Source of the DNA: a virus
Strand: one strand, 5' to 3'
DNA length: 44,408 bases
IMG/VR virus record: IMGVR_UViG_3300025592_000024
A program made the translations under genes and the position numbers. The notes beneath the pieces are model-generated. The model searched no databases, had not been told where the DNA came from, and was given only the letters and a program-made list of their open reading frames with translations. Below are positions 8,143 through 16,210 of the stretch, one piece after another (positions within the stretch are counted from its first letter, which is position 1; the number at the start of each line of letters is the position of its first letter).

Positions 8143-9351
8143 ATGAAAAAGGCATTAACATACGACGATATTGGCATAGTTCCAAAATATAGTGAAATAC
8201 TATCCAGAAGTGATATAAACTTAACAACTCGTTTCACAAAGAATACTGAAATAACTATTCCAGTAGTTTCTTCTCCAATGGATACTGTTACTGGTTACGA
8301 AATGGCATTAGAAATGATGGACTGGGGTGGAGTTGGTGTTCTACATAGATTCAATACTATTGAAGAACAAGCTCGTATGATGAACGAACTTCACACTGAA
8401 TGGGATAAGTTTTTTGGTATTGGTAAAGATTTTAGTTCATATGAAGAAACGTGGGAAAAGTGGAATAGTAAGTTCAACGGAAATTTACTTAGCAGTCAAC
8501 TCACTCCGAATAAAGATGATTGGGATGACTTAAAGGAAGATATGTCATTTGTAGATGAGATGGAAACGATGAATAAACGATGGAGAAGAAAACCATTATG
8601 TGCAGCCATAGGAGTCACCGGAGATTACTTAGAACGAGCACAAGAATTAGTAGCTAACGGATGTAATGTACTACTTATAGATGTAGCACACGGACATCAT
8701 AAATTAGTAAAAGATACAATTAGGGAGTTAAAAAATGGACTTAGAGGAGATGTTGAAATCATCGGAGGTTCGATTGCAACCGGAACCGCGGCAAAGGACT
8801 TATGTGAGTGGGGAGTTGATGGATTGCGAGTGGGAATCGGAGGAGGTTCAGTGTGTTCTACCCGCATACAAACCGGGGTTGGTGTTCCTAATATCACTTC
8901 CATTCAAGATTGTTGCATCATTGCTGATACTTATAACGTTCCCGTTATTACTGATGGTGGGATTGGGTACATTGCTGATATCTGTAAATCTATTGGCATT
9001 GGGGCTGACAGTGTTATGCTGGGATCGTTGCTCTCAGGTACAAAAGAAACTCCTGGAGAAATTCACAAAGACGGTCTCTGGCCAAACGAAAGATTATATA
9101 AAAAATACTCCGGTTCAGCCTCCCTTGAAAACAAATTAAAAAGAAATGAAAGCAAGAATGTAGAAGGTTATTCGTTTCGTGTTGAATACAAGGGTAAAAC
9201 AAAACGTATATTAAATGATATTTCTGATGGATTAAGATCGTCTATGTCATATGTAGGTGCATCTAATATAGAAGAATTTCAAACTAAATGTGAATTTGTA
9301 GAAGTAACAAATGCTGGTATTATAGAAGCTAAACCACATTTAATGAATTAA
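8143..9351 (+). CDS. IMP dehydrogenase / GMP reductase family enzyme
   Basis: LTYDDI..VP, SSPMDTVT, GGVGVLHR, IDVAHGH, catalytic loop GIGGGSVCSTR, ITDGGI, VMLGSLL. Confidence 0.92.
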   Translation: MKKALTYDDIGIVPKYSEILSRSDINLTTRFTKNTEITIPVVSSPMDTVTGYEMALEMMDWGGVGVLHRFNTIEEQARMMNELHTEWDKFFGIGKDFSSYEETWEKWNSKFNGNLLSSQLTPNKDDWDDLKEDMSFVDEMETMNKRWRRKPLCAAIGVTGDYLERAQELVANGCNVLLIDVAHGHHKLVKDTIRELKNGLRGDVEIIGGSIATGTAAKDLCEWGVDGLRVGIGGGSVCSTRIQTGVGVPNITSIQDCCIIADTYNVPVITDGGIGYIADICKSIGIGADSVMLGSLLSGTKETPGEIHKDGLWPNERLYKKYSGSASLENKLKRNESKNVEGYSFRVEYKGKTKRILNDISDGLRSSMSYVGASNIEEFQTKCEFVEVTNAGIIEAKPHLMN

Positions 9352-9401
9352 AAAACAAGAAAAATAAAAAAACCATATTTATCTCAAATCAGGAGATACT
9401 T

Positions 9402-9560
9402 ATGAATATAGATAAGATAATTTTATTATTACGAAAGGCTGTAGAAGACAAGGATTGGAAACTTATTATGGAGTTAATAGAAGATTTATTATATGAATTG
9501 GATGATCCACTAGATGCTTATAGAAACGATGAAGATTTAGATGAAGATAATTTATGGTAA
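9402..9560 (+). CDS. 52-aa acidic hypothetical protein (not in ORF track)
   Basis: AGGAG RBS, ATATTTAT box at 9375; ends 6 nt before the tmRNA. Confidence 0.65.
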   Translation: MNIDKIILLLRKAVEDKDWKLIMELIEDLLYELDDPLDAYRNDEDLDEDNLW

Positions 9561-9566
9561 ACACAT

Positions 9567-9995
9567 GGGGCCGAAATTGGTTTCGATTCATGTTATTTGA
9601 CGATAGAGTGCAACACAAGTTTGAGTACGACTTGTTACAACAGACTCACAAACTCAAATGGTGATAATTCACTAGACGGTTTGGTAGTGGATTGGCATTT
9701 AGCTAATTCAGAAATGGGATTTGACAATTATGTTGAACCTACTTCAGATTACCAATCAACTTACGCTTTAGCGGCATGAGTTCTTGGGTTGTTTAACACC
9801 CGAGTATAAAAGAAGTTAAACACACTCTCTTTTTATATTTAGAGAATAAAAATAAAATGTCAGTTACTGGATATGTTCTGTGCAAAAGAAATCCACATAG
9901 TTGTTTGTTAATTGCTACTAATAGAAATTAACTAAGTTGTGAATGACTTTACGAAGAAAACAGAGAACACGGCGGTTCGATTCCGCCCGGCTCCA
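9567..9995 (+). ncRNA. ssrA: tmRNA (transfer-messenger RNA)
   Basis: Acceptor stem GGGGCCG/CGGCTCC with G3.U alanine determinant and discriminator A; T-arm GGCGG-TTCGATT-CCGCC; pseudoknot pairings ACAAGT/ACTTGT with GAGT/ACTC and TGTTTAAC/GTTAAACA; internal reading frame ends YALAA-stop; CCA not encoded (CTA). Confidence 0.95.
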
Positions 9996-10004
9996 CTACA
10001 AAAA

Positions 10005-11501
10005 ATGGTTATGAAAAAATACTACTACGAAAGAAGTCGTCTATTAGAATCAGAAGTTAATATAACTTTTGAAGAACTATTATGGAAAGACGATACACAA
10101 ACTACACAATGGATAGATGAATTACGAGAGTTCGTAATATACGAATGGGACACTATGGGTGTGCCTCCAACTATTGGCCAAAATACTGATAAAATAAAAA
10201 AGAACTTTCGTAAATTGAGAGATTACCCACTACATCAGGGTAAAAAACAATTTCTAACCAAAGATGAAGATACTGGCAAATTTGACGTAATACAAAATTA
10301 CAATAAATTTGGAAGTGGTGTAAATCAATTCTTTCCTACCATGTTGAAAACCAAAATTGGAACTAAAAAGAACGCAACTTCCATTTACGATTATTTTACA
10401 ATTGATTACAGAGATAGTTTTCATAAAATAATACGAAGAACATTTAAACGAGATAGTATGTATTCTTGGTCAAGGTGTGTTGAAAGTAATGGTAGTGGAA
10501 TAGAATGGATACAAAAAAATCAATCAAAAAACTTTTTCATAGTTCGACAATCAAAAGAAAAAAATCCAACTCATTTAGTTTTAAGTTCAGATGAAATTAG
10601 AGGGTTATTTGATGTAGATTTAATAGATGAATCTCATATTACAAATTTAAAATCATTAGATACATTAACTGATGAGAAATTCACATATTTTATTAGAGTA
10701 TTTAATTTAGGACAAAAGATATTCCCAGCCGGCATTCAAGCATTTAGATTAGGACTTGGACAACCAGCCGTAAACTTCCCACCATTAACAGCAAGATACT
10801 TATATGAGAAATATACAGAACATATATCACAAGACGTGCTCAATGTGTATGACCCATCCGCAGGTTGGGGTGGTCGTATTCTCGGAGCTATGTCATCACT
10901 CAAGCGAATTCATTATATTGGCACAGACCCTAATACGGATAATTACATAGACGAATTAGGTAAAACAAGATATGAATATGTAGCAGATTTCTTTAATAGT
11001 GAAGTATTGGAAACGAATTCATTTTGGGAAGAGCACAAAAACACGTATCACGTTTTCCAAGACGGCTCAGAATTAATTGGGAACAATCCAGACTTTCAGA
11101 CGTATAAGGGAACACTTGATTTAGTTTTCACAAGCCCACCATACTTTGACCGTGAGCAGTATAGTGATGATAGTGAGCAATCATTCAAGGCTTACCCAGC
11201 TTACGAAGATTGGAGAAATAACTTCCTGAAACCAACTTTAACAACTGCATTTGAATATCTTAAACCAAATCGTTATTTACTCTGGAATATAGCTTCAATC
11301 AAAATCGGAGCAGATAAATTTCATCCATTAGAAGAAGATAGTATATTTATTATAGAATCATTAGGTGGTGAATATAAGGGTAAGTTGAAAATGTTAATGA
11401 CAACAATGACTGGATTAAATCCGGAGAATGTTAAAAATTGTGTAAAGGTAGATGGTAGTTACCGAAAATATGAACCTATATTCATTTTTCATAAAAAATA
11501 A
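10005..11501 (+). CDS. amino-group DNA methyltransferase (m4C or m6A)
   Basis: Motif I YDPSAGWGG precedes motif IV DLVFTSPPY; start moved to ATG 10005 (or 10011) because 9939 lies inside the tmRNA. Confidence 0.88.
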   Translation: MVMKKYYYERSRLLESEVNITFEELLWKDDTQTTQWIDELREFVIYEWDTMGVPPTIGQNTDKIKKNFRKLRDYPLHQGKKQFLTKDEDTGKFDVIQNYNKFGSGVNQFFPTMLKTKIGTKKNATSIYDYFTIDYRDSFHKIIRRTFKRDSMYSWSRCVESNGSGIEWIQKNQSKNFFIVRQSKEKNPTHLVLSSDEIRGLFDVDLIDESHITNLKSLDTLTDEKFTYFIRVFNLGQKIFPAGIQAFRLGLGQPAVNFPPLTARYLYEKYTEHISQDVLNVYDPSAGWGGRILGAMSSLKRIHYIGTDPNTDNYIDELGKTRYEYVADFFNSEVLETNSFWEEHKNTYHVFQDGSELIGNNPDFQTYKGTLDLVFTSPPYFDREQYSDDSEQSFKAYPAYEDWRNNFLKPTLTTAFEYLKPNRYLLWNIASIKIGADKFHPLEEDSIFIIESLGGEYKGKLKMLMTTMTGLNPENVKNCVKVDGSYRKYEPIFIFHKK

Positions 11502-11504
11502 AGC

Positions 11505-11533
11505 TTGACTTTCACCGAAAAATGCCGTAAGAT
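11505..11533 (+). promoter_or_regulatory. sigma70-type promoter TTGACT-N17-TAAGAT
   Basis: Immediately after the methyltransferase stop; 17-nt spacer. Confidence 0.65.
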
Positions 11534-11561
11534 CAAGGGTAATAAATTAGGAGTATTTAAT

Positions 11562-12089
11562 ATGAACAGAACAACTGCAACAGCATTTGTTATATTGGTG
11601 GTATTAGTTAATGGATTCATTTCTATTAATGCTTTACAATCAAACAAACAATTTTATTCTGATGAAGTAGATAAAGTATTAGAAATGAATTTTAAGTTAC
11701 AAGATGAATTAAAGGAATTTTATAAATATGGAGTAGAGGTTGATGTAACAATGTATCAGCCAACTCGATATCAAACTGATTCAAGTCCAAATATTACAGC
11801 CGATGGAACAAAATTCAAAATAAGTAAAGCAAGTGAATATAAGTTTGTAGCTCTTTCTCGTAATTTATTAAAACGATGGGGTGGTCCATTTGACTATGGA
11901 GATTTCATTCTAATTAAGGGAACAAAGGATAAAGATGGAGTGTATAATGTTAGGGATACTATGAATCCTAAATGGGTTAATATAGTTGATATTTTAGAAT
12001 CAACACACGTTAAACCATATAAATATAAAAATGTTCAACTTTACAAAATGAATTGGACTGATAATATACAATTAGTGAGTAATAAATAA
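11562..12089 (+). CDS. membrane-anchored 3D-domain (double-psi beta-barrel) cell-wall-binding or lytic protein
   Basis: AGGAG RBS before ATG 11562; N-terminal TM; VTMYQP..QTD...TADG, VALSRNLL, VRDTMN..VDIL. Confidence 0.75.
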   Translation: MNRTTATAFVILVVLVNGFISINALQSNKQFYSDEVDKVLEMNFKLQDELKEFYKYGVEVDVTMYQPTRYQTDSSPNITADGTKFKISKASEYKFVALSRNLLKRWGGPFDYGDFILIKGTKDKDGVYNVRDTMNPKWVNIVDILESTHVKPYKYKNVQLYKMNWTDNIQLVSNK

Positions 12090-12099
12090 AGGAGAATAA

Positions 12100-12294
12100 A
12101 TGTCTAAAGATACTAAATTAAAAATTGGGGATTGGGTTCATGTGTTAATAGTTGGTTTTAGGGCCGGAGAATATAAAAACGAACCAGCCTATCAAATAGA
12201 AAGTATTGATGGAGATGACTACACTGTAGTTCAGACGGAAGGTTCTTACGAACATAGAGTAACAGTTAAAAAAGGAAAATTGAAAAAATTATAA
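12100..12294 (+). CDS. small SH3/KOW-like beta-barrel protein
   Basis: LKIGDWVHV start, beta-rich, AAGGAG RBS. Confidence 0.6.
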   Translation: MSKDTKLKIGDWVHVLIVGFRAGEYKNEPAYQIESIDGDDYTVVQTEGSYEHRVTVKKGKLKKL

Positions 12295-12305
12295 AGAGGT
12301 TATAA

Positions 12306-13094
12306 ATGAAACAATTAAGTGAGGCCCAATTACAGGAAAATTGGGATAAATTAATACAGGTTATAAAGGATACATTTGAAGATGGAAGCGAACGCCGTGA
12401 AAAACTTCTAAAAATGTACCATGACCTTGAAGATAGAATGGTAGTAGCACCAGCATCTGGTAAAGAAGAATATCATTATTGTCATGTAGGTGGTTATGTA
12501 GAACACGTTCTTCATGTTGTAGATACAGCATTAAAGATGTCAGATACTTATGAAGCCGCAGGTGGACATAAGAATTGGACAGACGAAGAACTTGTCTTTT
12601 CTGCCTTACACCACGACTTAGGTAAAGTTGGTGATTTAAATGATGAGTATTATGTTCCACAAGATAATGATTGGAGGCGTAAAACTCTTGGTGAAGTCTA
12701 TACACATAATACAGATATACCAAATATGAGAGTACCAGATAGAGCACTTTTTCTCTTACAACATTTTGGAGTGAAAGTTAGTTTGAATGAAACTCTTGCA
12801 ATTAAACTTGCAGATGGGTTATATGATGAAGCCAACACATACTATATGAAAGTATTTGATGCAAGTCGTTCTCTTAAAAACCACTTACCATATATTATCC
12901 ATTGGGCAGACCACATGGCAACAACGGTAGAATATGATGAATGGAAACGTGGAGATAAAGATGAAAAAGAAGAGATGGAAAGTAAGATAGAAAATATTAA
13001 AAATATTACAGTTGGAAAACAAAAACACGAAGATCCAGTTATGGAAAATAAACATAACGATCTATTCGACGAATTATTTGGAGACAAAACATGA
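12306..13094 (+). CDS. HD-domain phosphohydrolase
   Basis: GGYVEHVLHV, ALHHDLGK, IIHWAD. Confidence 0.88.
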   Translation: MKQLSEAQLQENWDKLIQVIKDTFEDGSERREKLLKMYHDLEDRMVVAPASGKEEYHYCHVGGYVEHVLHVVDTALKMSDTYEAAGGHKNWTDEELVFSALHHDLGKVGDLNDEYYVPQDNDWRRKTLGEVYTHNTDIPNMRVPDRALFLLQHFGVKVSLNETLAIKLADGLYDEANTYYMKVFDASRSLKNHLPYIIHWADHMATTVEYDEWKRGDKDEKEEMESKIENIKNITVGKQKHEDPVMENKHNDLFDELFGDKT

Positions 13095-13351
13095 TTATAG
13101 AAATAATACTTGGATTATTAGTTTTCGTAGAGGGATATGTAATTTGGAATTTAACAAAAAAATCTGAAATACTTGAAACCTGGATAGAAAATTTTACCAT
13201 CCGAGTAGACACCATATATTTAGAATTAAAACAAATTGATTCCACTGGTCATTTTGAATCTGACGATGAAATCGGTTCAATATTCGATGGAATAAAAGAT
13301 ATAATAACAGACCTTAATGCATTCACCACAGGAGAAGCCGAGAGTGAGTAA
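13091..13351 (+). CDS. membrane-anchored coiled-coil protein
   Basis: N-terminal TM then a heptad-like region; ATGA overlap. Confidence 0.7.
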   Translation: MIIEIILGLLVFVEGYVIWNLTKKSEILETWIENFTIRVDTIYLELKQIDSTGHFESDDEIGSIFDGIKDIITDLNAFTTGEAESE

Positions 13352-14078
13352 CCCAACCACGCAACCAAAAAAGAAACAACCAAAACATTATTACTTCAAT
13401 GAGAATACTGAATTAAATATTATTAAATATAACAAAACAGATGATGCTATATTAAAAAATAAGATATACCGTGAACATATAGCATATCCATTTGATAAAT
13501 TAGCAGAAAATATAATTCACACATTTAAGTTTTATTATTTTGATGTCCCATCGGATCAAGTAAAACATGAAGTGGTATCATTTTTAGTTATGAATATACA
13601 TAAGTTTAAAGAGGGTAAAGGAAAGGCATTTTCATATTTTAGTATTGTAGCTAAAAACTATCTTATTCTTCATAATAATAAAAATTATAAGAATTACAAA
13701 ATTCATAGCAAAATGGAAGTAATTGATTATGGTGATAATATTAAAAATAAAAATCAAATGATAAAAATAAATGATTTTAATAAAGAATATGTAGAAGAAA
13801 TGTTAGTGTATTGGGAAAACAATCTTACTAATATTTTCAAACGCCAAAAAGATATTCTCGTAGCAGATTCTGTATTGGAAATTTTTCGTCGCAGAGAAAA
13901 TATAGAGAATTTTAATAAGAAAGCACTCTATCTACTCGTAAGAGAAATGACCGGATCTAAAACTCAACACATTACACGAATAGTGAATATAATGAAAAAA
14001 TTCAATACGCACCTCATGGAAGAATTTCAGACTTTTGGTCAAATAGATACAACAAATACTGGGTCATTTTTAGAATAA
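13344..14078 (+). CDS. RNA polymerase sigma factor, T4 gp55-like (late transcription)
   Basis: Region-2-like EVVSFLVMNIHKF..KGKAFSYFSIVAKNYLI; GTG 13344 with AGGAG RBS. Confidence 0.7.
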   Translation: MSNPTTQPKKKQPKHYYFNENTELNIIKYNKTDDAILKNKIYREHIAYPFDKLAENIIHTFKFYYFDVPSDQVKHEVVSFLVMNIHKFKEGKGKAFSYFSIVAKNYLILHNNKNYKNYKIHSKMEVIDYGDNIKNKNQMIKINDFNKEYVEEMLVYWENNLTNIFKRQKDILVADSVLEIFRRRENIENFNKKALYLLVREMTGSKTQHITRIVNIMKKFNTHLMEEFQTFGQIDTTNTGSFLE

Positions 14079-14105
14079 AACTAAAATATAACTAACATAT
14101 AACGC

Positions 14106-14135
14106 AAAAAAAAGGGGTCTTTCGACCCCTTTTTT
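14106..14135. terminator. bidirectional intrinsic terminator
   Basis: A8-GGGGTC-TTTC-GACCCC-T6 between convergent genes. Confidence 0.9.
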
Positions 14136-14150
14136 ATTATCCGATAATAG

Positions 14151-14372
14151 CTATTTACGAAATAGACCTACAAGCACCAATAAAGCGACTAACCCGGCGA
14201 ATCCGGATTCACCAAATTTATTTATGATTGCTGTCAGGTTACCTATTACATTTAAGCCAAAAATACCTGTTCCAAACAATACTTCACCAACGGCTCCGAT
14301 TGCTACAAAAGAGGTTAGTAGATGGACGGTATCGTCTATCCACTCTTTGACCAATGATATGACTTCCTTCAT
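14151..14372 (-). CDS. 73-aa multi-pass membrane protein
   Basis: GGGAG RBS before MKEVISLV...; Gly-rich hydrophobic helices; minus-strand ATATTTAT box at 14461-14468. Confidence 0.75.
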   Translation of the reverse strand: MKEVISLVKEWIDDTVHLLTSFVAIGAVGEVLFGTGIFGLNVIGNLTAIINKFGESGFAGLVALLVLVGLFRK

Positions 14373-14591
14373 TGTTTTCTCCCGTTTATTATTCTTATCA
14401 ATTAACAAAAAAGGGATTCTTAACTTCCACTTTTTGTTGTCGGTATCTTTTCCGACATAAATAAATATAATATATACATTATTTCTTATTTTGATATATA
14501 TAGAGTAGAGAACAATCAATTTTTAGGTTATTTTATATTTATATATGAGTTATAATATCTATTTTTAATCACAATATGGGAAAAATAAAAT

Positions 14592-14987
14592 ATGAGTCAA
14601 GATTACGAATTATTTGATGGTAAATCACTATCATCATTATTCAAGGACATTTATGATAATTCTAAACACAATAAAACGCAACTCGAATTATTGGTAAAAG
14701 AACTTGCGGGATTCATCAAAGATGGTGATATGGCAATACAAATCGTTCCAATGATAAAAGAGTATTTGGAAATCAATGTAAAAAATGATGAACAACTTAT
14801 AAAACTTGCAACAGTAGTTCAACGATTAATTGCCGCAGAGCAAAAGGGTAGTAGTTCAGAATCAGAATTTGGTTTATCTGATAGAGAAAAGGAACAGTTG
14901 TTGAAAAGTATAGATGATGTAGTTGTAGATATTCAAAAAAAATCAGATACGATAACAGATGATATTCAAAAAATCAAGGAAAATTAG
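14592..14987 (+). CDS. helical phage protein, first gene of the late structural unit
   Basis: ATATTTAT box at 14535; 131 aa. Confidence 0.75.
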   Translation: MSQDYELFDGKSLSSLFKDIYDNSKHNKTQLELLVKELAGFIKDGDMAIQIVPMIKEYLEINVKNDEQLIKLATVVQRLIAAEQKGSSSESEFGLSDREKEQLLKSIDDVVVDIQKKSDTITDDIQKIKEN

Positions 14988-16210
14988 TGGCATATAAAAT
15001 TAATAGAGACGATGAACATATAGTGTTACCTGATGGTCCAGCAACCGTTAGAGATATTCAAAGATATGTAAAAGATTCTCCTGAATTTTATGAGTTAGAG
15101 CCAGCAGAAGTTTTAGAAGTTTTTTTAGACGAAGAAGATTTAATGAATAGTGGAGCTATTATTAATCAATCAAGAAACGGTGAACCAATGGTAGATTGGT
15201 CTAAGTATGGATGGATTAAAGCGAGAATGTCTGTTAGTAATTCTGGTAAAGAAGATGTTGTTATAATTGCACCACTTGATAGTAATATAAAAGAATATCC
15301 ACATCCAGGTGAATATGTAATAGTTGCAAAATATTTTGGAGATTTATATTATACTCAAAAGTTGAATATGCACAATTCAATCAATTTAAATTCGTTTCCT
15401 GGGTTAAGTAAAGTATATGATATGTTTACAGGAGAGACGTATAAGGATAATTTACCATTAATAGGAAATTCTGATATAAGACAGGTTAAGGCAGAAGAAG
15501 GTGATATTATATTTAATGGTAGATTTGGACAATCTATTAAATTTGGAAGTAATGTAAAAGAGTTAATAGATGCTGATGGTGATTTAGTTCCAGACACAGG
15601 AGAACCACATTCACCAAATGTTATTATACGGGCGGGACAAGGTGAAGTTTCTACAGAAAATAATAAACCAGTCAGAGAAAATATAAATTTAGATGGTAGT
15701 TCTATATGGATGACCACTAATCAGAAAGTGAATTTAAATTTTTCTACCATGAATTCAAAATTTGTATCTATATACTCTCATGAAGCAAAAAAAAATGATG
15801 GTGGAAAACAGATAGTTATAAATTCTGACAGGTTAGTTTTTAATGCGAAATCTGATAAATCGGGTATTGTATTTTCATCTAATAGTACAGTCGGCATTTC
15901 TGCGAATAAAGAAATAGGTGTTGTTGTTCCACCAACAGGGAAAGTAAAATTAGGAGATTATTACGCAAATCAACCAGCACTCGGTGGAGATTTAACTATG
16001 GAATTATTTGAAAAATTAATTACATATTTAATAGATTTTGCTAATGGTATAAAGGGCGCAAAGGGATCGGTTGTAGATTTTGTAGTCCCAATATCAGATA
16101 TTTTACCGTCCGCTATGGGATTAGTAGCATCTTTAAACGAATTAAAAACCAGAATGGATGAACCAAAAAGTAAAACTGTTCAAGTTGGACATATAAGGGG
16201 ACCACAATAG
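14987..16210 (+). CDS. baseplate hub / central spike protein (gp5/VgrG-like, no lysozyme domain seen)
   Basis: OB-fold-like YP..GEYVIV, GDIIFNGRFGQSIKFGS, beta-repeat C-terminal half; upstream of gp25- and gp6-like genes. Confidence 0.6.
   Translation: MAYKINRDDEHIVLPDGPATVRDIQRYVKDSPEFYELEPAEVLEVFLDEEDLMNSGAIINQSRNGEPMVDWSKYGWIKARMSVSNSGKEDVVIIAPLDSNIKEYPHPGEYVIVAKYFGDLYYTQKLNMHNSINLNSFPGLSKVYDMFTGETYKDNLPLIGNSDIRQVKAEEGDIIFNGRFGQSIKFGSNVKELIDADGDLVPDTGEPHSPNVIIRAGQGEVSTENNKPVRENINLDGSSIWMTTNQKVNLNFSTMNSKFVSIYSHEAKKNDGGKQIVINSDRLVFNAKSDKSGIVFSSNSTVGISANKEIGVVVPPTGKVKLGDYYANQPALGGDLTMELFEKLITYLIDFANGIKGAKGSVVDFVVPISDILPSAMGLVASLNELKTRMDEPKSKTVQVGHIRGPQ

Noticed and set aside
9597-9779. 60-aa ORF as an independent protein gene
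   Set aside because: It lies inside the tmRNA, has a TTG start within structured RNA and ends YALAA; it is the tag reading frame
9971-9995. tRNA gene suggested by the GGTTCGATTCC T-arm
   Set aside because: No anticodon arm within tRNA distance; the acceptor partner is about 420 nt upstream, so it is the tmRNA 3' end
9939-10004. Listed GTG start of the methyltransferase
   Set aside because: It overlaps the tmRNA tRNA-like domain; ATG 10005 or 10011 is more plausible
11505-11561. Listed TTG start of the 3D-domain ORF
   Set aside because: This TTG is the -35 box of a promoter; an RBS precedes ATG 11562
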